Below, one piece after another: positions 1 through 14,246 of a DNA stretch of 64,000 nt. Origin of the DNA: Chrysomallon squamiferum (taxonomy: Eukaryota; Animalia; Mollusca); NCBI GenBank assembly GCA_012295275.1, contig CM022676.1:5828001-5892000 (forward strand). Direction: 5' to 3'. A model generated the notes under the pieces. It searched no databases. It had not been told where the DNA came from and was given only the letters and a program-made list of their open reading frames with translations. The position numbers and the translations under genes are program-made. Within the stretch, counting starts at the first letter, position 1. The number at the start of each line of letters is the position of its first letter.

Positions 1-207
1 TGATGATGTCTGTTTTAATGCTGGGTGATATTTTATGATCGCCCTTTGCAGTATTTTGTGATGGTCTCTAGTGCTAGGTCGTATTGCTTTATTGTGTGAT
101 TATACAAGTAATGTTTGGTGGCAGGATTGTGAAACTGAATGTTTGATAAATATTTTTTCTTCATATAGATGTTGATGTATATCTATAAATGTTGTAAAAT
201 ATGTAAA

Positions 208-636
<429 letters not shown>

Positions 637-1231
637 ATAATTAATAATGTTAACTTCAGATTATACAAGAAAACAAAAATAACAACCATAAACTGTTAAT
701 GTTAAAAATTCTGTTAAATGAAAAATCAAAAAAACCCACTAACTATTAATGAAAGAGAAAAAGAAAAAGAGATATCCAAAAAAAGAGAGAGAGAGAAAGA
801 GAAGTAAATGGCTAGTTAATAATGTTAACTTCATCATCATCATCATCGTCGTCATCAATACAATAAAACAAGCCATAAACTGTTAATATTAAAACATTCT
901 GCAACTACATTAACATCATCAACATCGATCCAATGGAAAAAAAAAAAAAAAAAAAAATAATCCATCTTTCAGTAACATTAACCTTGAAAATCACCAGACT
1001 TGTGTCCACTTTAACCAAGCTGATAATTCCTTAACAATGTCCATTTTGCACTGACCGACTGAATGACCAACTGCTGGACCTAAGTGGTCGCAGGGAGTCT
1101 GCGGGGGGGGGGGAGGTGTGACTAATGAGTAATTCCTAGATCGAAGAAGAAGAAGAAGAAGAAAAGAGAGTGAATAATTACAAGTGTTCAGTTGTAACTT
1201 CAAAGAAAATTAATAGAGAGAGCACGGTGGT

Positions 1232-1314
1232 TTTTTTGGTAAACTACTTCGCCGAATGAATGAAGTCCTGTCATTTTTTGGTAACTACTTCGTCGAATGA
1301 ATGAAGTCCTGTCA
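1232..1314. repeat. Tandem duplication of a ~41-42 bp unit
   Basis: TTTTTTGGTAA(A)CTACTTCG(C/T)CGAATGAATGAAGTCCTGTCA occurs twice head-to-tail (1232-1273, 1274-1314). Confidence 0.9.
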
Positions 1315-1529
1315 GTCAGTGAAGGAAATGGGGGTGGTGGGGGGTTGTCCAGTTATTTCTGTTTGAGTGAGTTTCTTTAAAAAAAAAAAAAAAAAAAAAA
1401 AATGGCTGAGAATGATTATTGTGAAGACACGTGTTCGAATAATAAGAAATTTAATAAAGTCGTCACTACGGAACAGCAACTACAACAGTGTTGACATTTG
1501 TTCAGTCGTGTTTATTCAGATCCCAATCG

Positions 1530-2010
1530 TAGCAACTACTACCACAACTACTACTACTACTACTACAACTACTACTACTACTACCACAACTACTACTACT
1601 ACTACTACTGCAACTACTACTGCTGCTGTTGCCACCATCACTGCTATTACTAATAATATTTAACAATTACTACTTCTACTATTATTAGTACTATAACAAC
1701 TACAACCACATCAAATACAGCAACAACAACAACAACTGCTATAGCAGTAATTTGTTGAGATGTGTCCAGACTGTACTTCAGCTACAAGGACAATATGTTT
1801 CACTCACATTACTACAACAAATACTACAATTACACCAACTACTACTACTACTTTAGCATAACTACTACTACTATTACTGCAACAACTATAAAAAACAGCC
1901 ACTGAAATTGTAACAACAACACTAACAACTACAACAACAACAACAACTACCGCCAAAAAAAAAAAAAAAAAAACATAAAACAACTACTACAACAACAGCA
2001 ATTACATCAA
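1530..2010. repeat. Degenerate (ACT)n/(ACA)n trinucleotide region
   Basis: Runs of actactact and acaacaaca; source of the poly-Thr ORF at 1367-1663. Confidence 0.9.
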
Positions 2011-2994
2011 CAGTAACAGTAATAGTGATTTATGACTTCAGCCAGCTACAAAAACAATATCTTCAGTCATACTCCATTGCGACAACTACCGCAACGTTTG
2101 ACTGATTGGTAGACGACGTCATGACGTTGTGTTTTTTGGTCACAGCATGTCCATGCTGCATTCACCTTTGTCTGGACTTGATCTGAGGCTGCCCTGTTGA
2201 ATAAATTGTGTATCAATCATATTAGGAATCCAGCGTTAGATCAATTGAAGTCAGGGTGATCTGTGTTTACACAGGGTGTGGGATATCAATGGTATGTCGG
2301 GACTAGGTGTGTAGAAAACAGTTTAATTAATGTGTTTCTTTTGTACAGGGATTTTTTTTTATGAAATGTCTGCCGTTTTGGTCGTCTAATGTTATGTTTT
2401 TTTTAATTAATTCTTCTCTTTTTTTTTGTTGGAGGGTTTAATTTTTTTTTTTTTTTTTTAGCATCTGTTCAATTTTTCTTTTTTTTTTTTTTTTTTTTTT
2501 TCTCGTTTTCTTCATTTTTTTTTTTTTTTTTTTAGACAGATGGTTTATACAGTTTTTGTATTAATTATTCCAGATTTTTTTATTTGTTATCAATACTGTG
2601 TATACAAGAGATATAGTAAGAATGAGAGAGAGAGAGAGAGAGACACAAGGTAAAAAGAGAGAGAGAGAGAAAGAGAGAGGAACAGACTGTGAGAAAGAAT
2701 GAAAAATAATGAGAGATGGAGAAAAGAGAAAAGAGAGAGACTGGGAGACAGAAACACACACACACACACACAGATACTGAAACAGACAGACAGACAGACA
2801 ATGCAACTCCTTATTAAATGACAGCACATGTCGAACCCTGATAATCATTAAAATCAACACCATTGTCCAGTTTTGATTTCATTTACAAAAGCGATTGACC
2901 CTTTGACCAGTGCACTTGGGAGAAGTTGAAGATCACAGTTATTATTAAAAACCCTGTTTATTATACACACTGTATAATAGACACCCTCTTGATA

Positions 2995-3320
2995 GCACAC
3001 ACTAACATTATCATTATTATTGTACACCTTTATGATACATGCCATAATGTTGTGATAATTATTATTATTATTATAACACTTTTTATAAACACACATCATA
3101 ACATTATCATTATTATTATACACTTTCTTAATAAAACATGCCATAATGTTATCATCATTGTTATTATTATTATTATTATAGATACTTTTTATAATTCACA
3201 TCATAACATTATCATTATTATTATATACCTTCTTAATAACATACCATAACATTATCTTTATGACTATACATCCTATATATATATATATATATATATACCA
3301 TAACTTTATTATTTTAAACC
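2995..3320. repeat. Degenerate minisatellite, ~35-50 bp unit (CATAACATTATCATTATTATT...)
   Basis: CATAA(C/T)(A/G)TT(A/G)T core followed by (ATT)n recurs about 7 times. Confidence 0.75.
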
Positions 3321-3658
3321 TACATATAGTATTAATTGTATTAACTACTGAGATATTATTATTATTATTATTATCATTATTAAAATACCATTCTAAAATA
3401 ATCCATGCTATAAATTTTATACAATACTCATAACAAAAACATGTTAAAACAGCATAACCAGTGTTGATGTTGTTGTTGTTGTTGTTGTTAAACAGTTATA
3501 ATGATACCAGTGTCATGAAAATACCCATTATTATAAAATATTCTCATATAATGTTACCTTTATTATTAATTGCCATTTATAAATATAATCATATTATCAT
3601 TATTGTATAATATATATTTTTGTGTTATATATTCATGTGCGTTTGTGTGTGTGTGTGT

Positions 3659-3743
<85 letters not shown>

Positions 3744-3954
3744 TCCCTCTCCCTCGGTGTGTCCATCTTAATACTAATATAATATTGAGTTTTCTTTATT
3801 ATACCTTTACCTTATTACTACTTTTTATTATTATTATTATGAAAAATCCCCATAATAACATAACGTCATTATTATTATAACACACATCATAACATATCAC
3901 TGTTATTAAACCCCCTGCTTAGCAATAAACACCGTGAATTATAAATCTCACTAG

Positions 3955-3969
3955 TTGGCAACAAGCCAA
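3955..3969. promoter_or_regulatory. NFI-type palindromic site (candidate)
   Basis: TTGGC-AACAA-GCCAA is an exact match to the NFI consensus TTGGC(N5)GCCAA and lies inside a complex island. Function untested. Confidence 0.35.
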
Positions 3970-4482
3970 ACAAATGATAACTTTTAATATTGAAAATTTC
4001 TCATTATCACCCTGTCCCCCTTTCCTGTCCCTCACAAAGACAGCCCTGTAATTTGTCCCGGAAATATCAGCAGATAAAGAGTGAAAATAAACTGTTGACA
4101 GTCTCGAATTAGCTCCCCTTTGTTATGTAAATTGAATGGCAGGGGGCGAAGTTTTCAGCAGACGATAATCACAAATATTTTTAATGTCTGGAGTTCTGTT
4201 AGGAAGGGTTGGCTTGTTCAGTATTGTTTTTGTTATTATGGAATAGTTTGACCTTTTCAACTTGTGGAAGAAGGAGTTAAGGGGAAAAATACTTTAGTGT
4301 GGGGAATTTAAAAGAGTGAAATTTTTATTTATTTTTTAATTAATGTGATGGGTATGGTTGTGTAGGTTTTATTGTGATTTTAATGTATTTAAAAAAAAAG
4401 GAAAGTGTTTTTGTTGGATTTTACAGATTTGTATGTGGAAATAGTTTGTAAGCTGTGTATATTTTGAAATGGATTATGTGTT

Positions 4483-4548
<66 letters not shown>

Positions 4549-4619
4549 AGAATGAATGATTGATTGACAGAGAGTAAAGAAAGATAAGAAAATGTTGAAA
4601 AATTAAAGACAGAAAAAAA

Positions 4620-4925
4620 CTATCATCATGATCATCATCATAATCATCATATAACCATAATCATCTTGAGTATAATCATTATTGTTATTACCATCATCAT
4701 AATCATCTTCAGTATAAACATTATTGTTATTTTCCATCATCATAACCATAATCATCTTCAGTATAAACATTATTATTATCATCATCATAATCATCTTCAG
4801 TATATGCATTATTGTTATTACCATCATCATCATCATCATAATCATTATGCCCAACATCATCACCACCACCACCACTACTGCCAGTACCACCACCACCATC
4901 AACATCATCACCACAACAACAACAT
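4620..4925. repeat. (CAT)/(CAC) trinucleotide region with internal higher-order repeat
   Basis: ATAATCATCTT(C/G)AGTATA recurs 4 times (about 4657-4805), followed by (CAT)n/(CAC)n. Confidence 0.85.
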
Positions 4926-5080
4926 AAAATATAAAATGAAATCTAACCAAACTCATGCTACTATAAATAAATTTAAAAAAATAAAAAAATGTACACTCAA
5001 CATACCCAAACTAATTTACCATACCACAGATTAATAATACATACACATACATTACATTACATAACACATTGCACTGCTTA

Positions 5081-5125
5081 ATCACCATAGCAACACACTG
5101 TGTGCTACTCAGTCACCACGGCAAC
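5081..5125. promoter_or_regulatory. Pair of RFX X-box-like sites (candidate)
   Basis: ATCACCATAGCAAC (5081-5094) and GTCACCACGGCAAC (5112-5125) resemble GTNNCCATGGNAAC. Confidence 0.35.
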
Positions 5126-5653
5126 ACTTCATAATACCACCACTTAATAAACCAAGACAAACATTAATTATTTCAAACTGAAACTCTCTCTTTTTTTTTT
5201 CCCAGTGATGAATATTCGAGGTTTTTTCTCTCCAGTGAAACAAAAGTTTTTTTTTTTCAATTCTCTACCAGTCTCCCCATACCTAAAACCGTCGACTTAA
5301 TTCCCTCTGACACGCCCGTCCCTGGGGGTCACTTGTACCACTCCATCCCCATTAAGTCAAATGAGGTGCAGAATTGGAGGGTCTCTTTGAAAGCTCAAAC
5401 CAAATTAACCTCATTTTGTTCCTGGTTGACCAATGTGGGTTTCACAGTGCTCTAGTGCTCTTGGGGGGGGGTGCCTGGCTGGCACGGTCTGTGTAGAGTT
5501 TGTCGCTGGCGTTGTTTGCAGGTTAGTTGTTGTTGTTTTTTTGTTGTCTTGTTTGTTTCTGGGTTTTTCTTGTGTTTGATTGCGGTGTCGAATTTTGGTT
5601 TTGTTGAAGAGTGGAATATGTTTAAAATGTGTTGTGAAGGTTTGAGAAAGAGA

Positions 5654-5965
5654 TGTGTGTGCTTTGTGTGTGTGTGTAAATGTGTGTGTAAATTTGTGTG
5701 TATATTTGTGTAAATGTGTGTGTGTATATATATATATATATGAATGTATGTATGCATTGTGTATTTGTGTGTGTGTGTGTGTGTGTATATATGCATGTAT
5801 GTATGTATGTATGTATGTGTGTATATGTGTGTGTGTACGTGTGTATTGTTATGTATATGTATTTAAGTGCCTGTGTATGTATATATGTCTATCTCTGTGT
5901 ATTTATATGCACATGTGTGTGTGTGTATGTCTGTCTGTCTGTATGTAATTATGTTTGTATGTGTG
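5654..5965. repeat. (TG)n/(TATG)n low-complexity tract
   Basis: Visible TG/TA/TATG repeats. Confidence 0.9.
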
Positions 5966-6123
5966 TTTTTTATATACAAGAGAGAGTGTTGGCGAAAAGC
6001 AAATTAAAAAAAAAAAAGTAAAATACCAAACAAAAAAATGTAAAAACACAAAAATGCAGAAACACACTCACAAACACTTCATACAGCTTTCATTAAATAA
6101 AAAGATCTGAAAACCCAAACTAG

Positions 6124-6180
<57 letters not shown>

Positions 6181-6204
6181 CAGTACTTTGTACTACAAAG
6201 TACT
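6124..6204. repeat. A54 homopolymer followed by a 23-bp palindrome
   Basis: A-run at 6124-6177; AGTACTTTGTA-C-TACAAAGTACT at 6182-6204 (11-bp perfect arms). Confidence 0.85.
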
Positions 6205-6629
6205 TCCTTTAATAACACATGTTACATTGACCCAGAGTGTCAGCAGAGTTAAGTACATTGTTATACAGTCTGTTACATTGTTAGTGATCAAAGACTTGTA
6301 ATTTCGCTGTTTAGTATATCAATAACAGCCCTTATGTGTTTACTTACTCAGTTAACAGCCTGTTTCACATAGAACAGTTTTAACAATTTAATAATAGACC
6401 TATTGATCAGACGTTTTAGATATAAAGTTAAATTTTTTTTTTTTTTTTTTTTGTTCTTTTTGCGTGGGGGTTTTGTTCAGAAAATGAAAGAATGATGTTT
6501 TCAGTATGCAGGTTGTATAATGTTATTATTATTATATCTGTTTTTCCTTTTAACTCTCTCTTTGTCTTCTTGTCTGTCTGTCTGTCTGTCTCTCTGTATC
6601 TGTCTCTCTCTAGCTCTTTCTGTCTCTCT

Positions 6630-6725
<96 letters not shown>

Positions 6726-7293
6726 TTTTTTGGGTCAGAATGTTATACTGTGTATAAAAATGAATGTGGGAGATATAAAATTTCACACACATACACACTC
6801 ACATGCACACGCAAAATATTTGTAGCAGTTATGATTGTATGAAACTGCTACTGCTATTAAAACAAGAAATAATATCATCATAAACACTGAATATAATAAA
6901 TAAATAAATATTTAAATCACATAACAATAATAATAAAATATAATAAAATAAATATTACCACAAACACTGAATTTTATAATAATATTAAACCTTTAAAAAA
7001 AAAAATAAATAAATAAATAAATAAATACATTTTCAAATTACAACAACAAAACAACAACAATAATAATAATAATAAAAATAAAATTAAAATAAAATACTAA
7101 AATAACATTAACATTAAATAACTAAATAAATCTGTTAAAATATATATATATATACACACACACATAAATAAATAAATAATAATTCAAACAAAATGAAATC
7201 ATCATTTGATTAGCCCAGCTGAAAATTTCAAATTTGCTACACAAAACTACAACTGATCAATTTGTCTCTGAGGCAATTTTTTTTTAATTATGA

Positions 7294-7337
<44 letters not shown>

Positions 7338-8049
7338 CAGAGTCAAAATGTGACACGACGCAGTCAAAATGTGCGGTATCGGAGTCAAAATTTGCGATGC
7401 TCTTTGAGCAGAATTAGTTGTCAAATGTCGAGGAATTTGGCGTGATAAATAGGAAGAAATCATCGGCAATCCCAGAGGTCAGCGCTGGGTGCGCGGGCTT
7501 TGAGCCAGCCTCGCTGTAATTAAAACAAATACAAGTGACATGTGACTCTGTCACTGTCAATCCCATGATGCATGGGTAAACAAAATGGCTGACACGGTTT
7601 TGAAAATGTTTCATTTTTTGAGAGAGAGAGTGTTATGAGGGTTTTTTGATGTTTTTGGGGTTTTTTTTTTTCATTTTCATTTTAATTTTTTTTTTTAATA
7701 ATGAAAATGAAGTTTGAAACTTCTTTTCTTCATTTTTTTTATTTTTATTTTTTTTTTTTTTTTTTGATATTTAATCATTTTGGAAAATAAATTTAAAAAA
7801 AATAAATAGGTGTATATATTAAAATGAAATCTTAGTCACACCTAATTCTTTCGTAGTTGTTCTGATTAAGTTTGGCAAACAACCTTTCCTCACCCCCCTC
7901 CAAAAAAAAAAAGTATAAATAATAAGAGCAAATGTTATGGTTTGGTTTTTTTTGGGGGGGTGTCTTCATTTCTTAAAAGTGTCTTTTTATTTGATTTATT
8001 TACTTTGCTATTGTCAACCCATAATAAACAAGATGATACTCACATTTAA

Positions 8050-8110
<61 letters not shown>

Positions 8111-8354
8111 GAGAGAGAGAGAATAGAATGAGTGTATAAAGGATAAGATATGTACATCTCTGTTTAAAAAACCCCAAAACAATCCAAAATAAAACAAAAT
8201 AAACCCCATCACCACCATCATCATCAGCAGCAACAACCACAACAAAACAAAACAGAACAGTTAACAGCACCCTATAACATTATACAGCGTTTTAAAACAA
8301 ACCTTCCCTGTTTACACAAAGATAACAACACACGTTACAGTCACACAGACGTAT

Positions 8355-8584
8355 TTATCCAGGTGAAAAATTGTTAATGCCATATCAAGTGGATTATCTG
8401 TGTGTCTGACAGGTGATATCAGGTGTGAGGGTTAATCCCTTACCTTAATCCGCGATGACAATTAGATAAGGGATGACAAAGTGACGTTCACCTGTTCAGC
8501 GACTTTGTGTGTCAGCTGACAAGATGTGCAGAGTCACAGAAAAATGTTATCAGAATTTGTACCTGAAGTGAGGAGATTCAGGTA
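8355..8584. promoter_or_regulatory. Candidate enhancer: CAGGTG/CAGGTA cluster with TAATCC sites
   Basis: CAGGTG at 8360, 8410, 8420; CACCTG at 8489; TACCTG at 8560; CAGGTA at 8579; GGATTA at 8391; TAATCC at 8433 and 8446. Confidence 0.45.
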
Positions 8585-8599
8585 TTTATAACTATCATA

Positions 8600-9145
8600 T
8601 ATACATAGATACATACATATATATATATATCTATATCCATACATACATAGATACATACATAATATATATATATCTATATCCATACATACATAGATACATA
8701 CATACATACATATCTATATCCATACATACATAGATACATACATACATACATACATATATATACACACACACACACATATATATATATCTATATCCATACA
8801 TACATACATACAAAGGTATGTAGATATGTACATACATTTATATTCATGTATACATTCATATATGAGCACACACACTCACACACACACACACATACTCACA
8901 CTGACATGCACAAACCTACAACATTCTGTTAAAAAGGATTCTGTTAATAATTCAAGGTGAAAAAAAATAAAAATGAGCACACAGACTACACACACAAAAC
9001 ATACACACACACACACAAAATACACACACACATACACATACAAAACACACACAAAACACACAACACAAAACACAGACACAGATACACACACAGACACAGG
9101 CACAGACACACACACAGACACACAGACAGACACACACACACACAG
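8600..9145. repeat. (ACAT)n/(CA)n low-complexity tract
   Basis: Visible repeats, including a repeated TATCTATATCCATACATACATAG unit. Confidence 0.9.
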
Positions 9146-9454
9146 ACAATCTTCCCTTCACTAATCCTTTCTTACCTCACCTCACCCCCCACCCCAGACA
9201 ACTAACAGGTCCATCCAGTGACCCTGAATCACATCACCACACACACACAGACAGACAGACAGACAGACAGACAAAGGTGGTCGTATAATCCACCTTTATG
9301 ACGCCAAGTTCGTCAGATAACACTCAGTGTTGAGTTTGCCTGACCCTCCTAGCCAGTCCCCACTGGTCAGGCGAGGTCAAGCGTCCACTTACCTGTGGTC
9401 AACAAGGTGTGATTTATCTCAACATACCTGCAATGAGTGGTTGACCAGTCTCTA

Positions 9455-9870
9455 AGTGTGTTGATGATAACACATTAAGTGTGTTGATGAAAACTTCTTA
9501 AACGCGTTGATGGTAACTTAGTGTGTTGATGGTGTTAAGTGTGTTTGTTGATATCTTTGAATATGTTGATGAAAGATTCTTAAACGCGTTGATGGTAACT
9601 TAGTGTGTTGATGGTGTTAAGTGTGTTTGTTGATATATTTGAATATGTTGATGGTAGATTATTGTGTTGATGATGTTAAGTGTGTTTGTTGATATCTTTG
9701 AATGTGTTGATGGTAGATTATTGTGTTGATGATGTAAAGTGTGTTTGTTGATATCTTTGAATATGTTGATGGTAGAATATTGTGTTGATGATGTTAAGTG
9801 TGTGTGTTGATAAATTCAAATGTCCTGATGGCTACCTTGTAAATGTGTTGATGATAATGTTGATGGCTTT
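9455..9870. repeat. Minisatellite, ~55-85 bp unit built from (T)GTTGAT(G) subunits
   Basis: GTGTTGATG.TGTTAAGTGTGTTTGTTGATATCTTTGAATATGTTGATG recurs about 5 times. Confidence 0.9.
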
Positions 9871-9929
9871 AAATGCATCAATTATTGTATATGGATGACA
9901 GTTCTAAGCATGCAGAGAAAACCTTAATT

Positions 9930-9993
<64 letters not shown>

Positions 9994-11189
9994 GCTAACA
10001 GACAAATATGAGAGAGAAAAAAACAATAACAGAAAGAAACAAGAAAATGATGGAGAGAAAAAAAGGCATAAAGACACCAAATCGTGTCAAAGTCTGTTCA
10101 CTTTGCTCAGAGAACAAAGAAAAGATTTCCATAATATCCCGATCCAAACAGTGCTCCTAAGGCGAAAAATTAACAAAACAAAAAAAAAAAATGTTCTGAT
10201 GTCAGAAACAGCACTCAAGGGCTTTTCGTTAAATTCCAGCAGAATAAAGTTCCAAGCAACATCTTTCAACCCAAACTAATTACAGAGATTAATTAACACG
10301 GGACACGGAAAGACTGAAATATGGAAACATAATTGCACGAACGAACGAAATCGACTTATCTGTTTCGACCAACAGGCAACGATTCAAACTGGACGAATCG
10401 CAGAGCTTAGGTCACACAGATTGTGATTCTTCTGCTGCCAAAGATCAAAAGAAATCTCTCTCTCCAAGGGTCACAGTGACCCTGCCACTAGTGTTAACAG
10501 TTGGGACAGCAGTGGGGGGTGACAGAGTGTAAAGAAATTGCTTGTGTCTGCGTTAATTAATAATTAATGTGCTCATTTGTCAGTTGTCGGCTGATGCCCA
10601 GTGATGAATATAATATTTTAGAAAAACTGGGTTTTATTTTTGAAAATGTCTTAATGAGTTGAATTAGCTGTTTTGATGGTTTCTTCGTTTGAAGGAGGAT
10701 TCATTAATATTTGTAGTTCAGTGTTTTGAAGTTTCAATCATTTGTAATGTCTTCTTCAGTAATTTATTGTCGTTTTTGTCGTTTGATATTTTGTTTTAAA
10801 ATAATTTTTGTAAATTCTTCATTTCAGGATAAACGTATTGTAATTCCTTCCTTTGTTTGGTAATTTATTATTATTTTATTGTTTAATATTTTTGCAATTA
10901 ATGTTAGATAAATTCTTCTTAAGAATATTTGTAATTTTGATATTTTAATATTGGGTTGTGTAATGTGTTTAATTAAAAACTTTCATTTGATTTTTCATGA
11001 CTTCAGTTTAATAATAATAATAATAATGATGATAATAATAATAATAATAATAATAACAAAAATTTTAAATCCAAGCCAAAATCTTAATAAAAATATTAGA
11101 TATGGTGTCTTTAAGAAAGTTATTTCAGATATGAACATTTGATGAAATTTAAAAATTTAAATAAAAAAATTTAACGTTTATTGATACAA

Positions 11190-11680
11190 AATATATTAAA
11201 GTTTATGCCTTTAATGAAAATATCCTAAAGATGATGCCTTTACTACTACTACAATTACTACTACTACTACTACAACTTCTACTCTTCTACTACTAATAAT
11301 AATACATATTTATACTACCACAGACATACACACACACATTTTAGTCTTGCTAAATATAATAATAATATTTCAGATAAAATACCTTTAATTAACAAAAAAA
11401 TAAAATAAAATAAAAAATATACAGATCTAATGCCTTTAATAAGACTATTTCTGAAATGATGGCTTTAACAAATAACATTTCAGATAAAATACCTTTAATT
11501 AAAAAAAAAAAAACACCCATAAAACAAAAATGTACAGCTATAATGCCTTTAATAAGAATATTTCAGATAAAATACCTTTAATTTAAAAACAACCATAAAA
11601 TAAAAAAAATGTACAGAGGTAACGCCTTTAATAAGAATATTTCAGAAGTGATGCCTTTAACAAATAACATTTCAGATTTC
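11190..11680. repeat. Degenerate minisatellite (ATTTCAGATAAAATACCTTTAATT / ATGCCTTTAATAAG)
   Basis: ATTTCAGATAAAATACCTTTAATT at about 11367, 11477 and 11560, alternating with GCCTTTAA units. Confidence 0.8.
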
Positions 11681-11745
11681 ATTTTCGTCTGTCACAAGTC
11701 CTCAATAAAAACATTTCTGACTCTGTCCCTTTAATAACAACATCC

Positions 11746-11820
11746 CAATCCTAATCCTAATCCTAATGATGATTCAATGGCTCTGTCAGAGGAGGGGGAT
11801 TGCTTTAATCCTGTTAATCC
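11746..11820 (+). promoter_or_regulatory. Homotypic TAATCC (K50 homeodomain-type) cluster (candidate)
   Basis: TAATCC at 11752, 11758, 11806 and 11815, plus CAATCC at 11746. Confidence 0.35.
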
Positions 11821-12299
11821 TTCTCTATTAGTTTTTCATAGAGAAGCTTCTTCCAACCTGTCTCAGGTCATTCGGAAACTGCAGGCTTTACTGTGATCTT
11901 TATTAATCATTGTTCATTAGAGAGCAAAAGTGTTATTTCCCAATCCGACAATTGATAGGTAAACATAAACCCTTTTTTATACAATAAAATATTTTATGTA
12001 TTATTGTAATTAGAAATACTAATTTTCCGTTCCAACTGTTTCTCAGTGAACGAAATGTTTGTTCGTCTGTGTCGTTTAGAAAGAAAATAGATAACATGAG
12101 TCTTGTTTCCCATTCTAACCTTGGCTCTGTCTACTGAATTTTGTTAATAATCGCCATTCAGATACAAAACCTTTGTTAATAATTATAATTTAAAAACTGA
12201 AATGCTAAATTTTGAATCCTATATCTAATTCAAACTGGTATTCAGTCTACTAATTAATTTATTATTTGTTACTGTCATTTAGATGCACACATATGCCCT

Positions 12300-12325
12300 A
12301 ATACATACATATATACCTACACATA

Positions 12326-12379
<54 letters not shown>

Positions 12380-12754
12380 CCCTAATACATACATATATAT
12401 GTACATAGATACACACACACACACATACATAAACACAGACACAATCATATACACATACAAACATACATACACACATACACAAACATACACACCCACCCAC
12501 CCACACATATACAGATACATATATACACACATACATACATATACATACATACATACATACACACATACACACATACATACATATACATACATACATACAT
12601 ACATACATACATACATACATACATACATACACACACACATACATACATAACACACATACATACATACATATAATACATACACACACACATACTTACATAC
12701 ATACATACACACATATATACATAAATACATACATATGCATACATACACATACAT

Positions 12755-12791
<37 letters not shown>

Positions 12792-12820
12792 TACATACAC
12801 ACATACACACACACATATAT
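12300..12820. repeat. (CA)n/(ACAT)n microsatellite block
   Basis: Directly visible; source of several artefactual ORFs. Confidence 0.95.
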
Positions 12821-13005
12821 ATGTGTGTCACAAGAACACATACATATTTTATCGCACAGTGCACCAAAGAGACTACTTCGTGTACCTTCACCATCCACCC
12901 CGTACATTATTAACAAGAGATTACAGCCTGATGAAAATTTAAACTGGGAAATAAGCCACAGGATTAGAATGTCAGCTTTTAACAATGCACGCACTTAGTC
13001 CGGTT

Positions 13006-13021
13006 CCAGAAGGTGGCAGCA
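13006..13021 (+). promoter_or_regulatory. CTCF-like motif (candidate)
   Basis: CCAGAAGGTGGCAGCA versus consensus CC(A/G)(C/G)(C/T)AG(A/G)(G/T)GGC(A/G); one core mismatch. Confidence 0.35.
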
Positions 13022-13146
13022 CTCGAATTTACCTGGATTATAAAATAAATAGTTTATTGGAATGTTAAAATGTGTCTGGTGGAGCATGCTGCGGTTATAT
13101 GATAAATGAAATAATGAGAATATCAAAGGTTAATAATAAAGTGGGG

Positions 13147-13184
<38 letters not shown>

Positions 13185-13225
13185 TTTTCTTTCCCTATGG
13201 TGGTCTTCATCAAAGTATTGGTGAA

Positions 13226-13279
<54 letters not shown>

Positions 13280-13345
13280 GAGATGGATGTTGGGCTGTTT
13301 TGGTTTTCCATGCTTGGTGCTAAACATCAAAAGATATTGGTGAAT

Positions 13346-13397
<52 letters not shown>

Positions 13398-13399
13398 GT

Positions 13400-13850
13400 C
13401 TGTGTTTTGTAAGATGTTAGTTGTGATTGATATGGAGTGAGTGCAAAAGATTCCTTGCTGTGTGTTGGTTAAGATGTCAGTTGCTGTTAATTGATATGGT
13501 TAAGTATGAAAAAGATTCCTTGCTGTGTTTTGGTTATGATGTCAGTTGCTGTTAATTGATATGGTTAAGTATGAAAAAGATTCCTTGCTGCATGTTGGTT
13601 AAGATATTAGTTGCTGTTAAAGCAGATATTCATGTGGTCAAGTATGAAAAAGATTCCTTGCTGTGTTTTGGTTAAGATATTAATTGCTGTTAAAGCAGAT
13701 ATTCATATGGTTAAGTATATAAAAGAATCCTTGTTGTGTTTTGATATTGGGTAGATTAAAATGTTACTTGCTGTTACAGCTTTTATTCATGTGGTTAAAT
13801 ATGAAAAAGATTTCTTGCTGCATTTTGGTGTTGGTTAAAATATTAGTCTA
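13400..13850. repeat. Minisatellite, ~60-70 bp unit containing AAAAGATTCCTTGCTG
   Basis: GGTTAAGTATGAAAAAGATTCCTTGCTGTGTTTTGGTTAAGAT...GTTGCTGTTAA recurs about 6 times. Confidence 0.9.
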
Positions 13851-14144
13851 CAGTACAGCTAAATTATTGCACATATATTCATGGAAAAGAGACCTTGCAT
13901 ATTTTTTATCAATAATTTCTGTTTTGTGAACAGTTTCACTGTATTAAGAAAAATCTATAAATTGTGAATAATTTCTTGACTTCATGAATAATCTGTACTG
14001 CAGATAATTCATTTATATTATTAAAATTTATAATATTATTAACTAGATAACCTTTTAGATTATAAATAATCTCTCTTTGTTGTGACCATTTTATTTATGT
14101 TCTATAAAATCTACATTTATTTTTGAATATACATACACACACAC

Positions 14145-14246
<102 letters not shown>

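Noticed and set aside
9386-9430. CAG|GTAAGT / CAG|GTATGT strings as splice donors or recursive splice sites
   Set aside because: CAGGT(A/G) clusters occur on both strands and mostly lack upstream polypyrimidine acceptors, so a DNA-binding-site explanation fits better. Individual cases are not excluded.
11746-11766. (TAATCC)n as interstitial telomere repeat
   Set aside because: Only 2-3 units, and it differs from the TTAGGG/TAACCC repeat.
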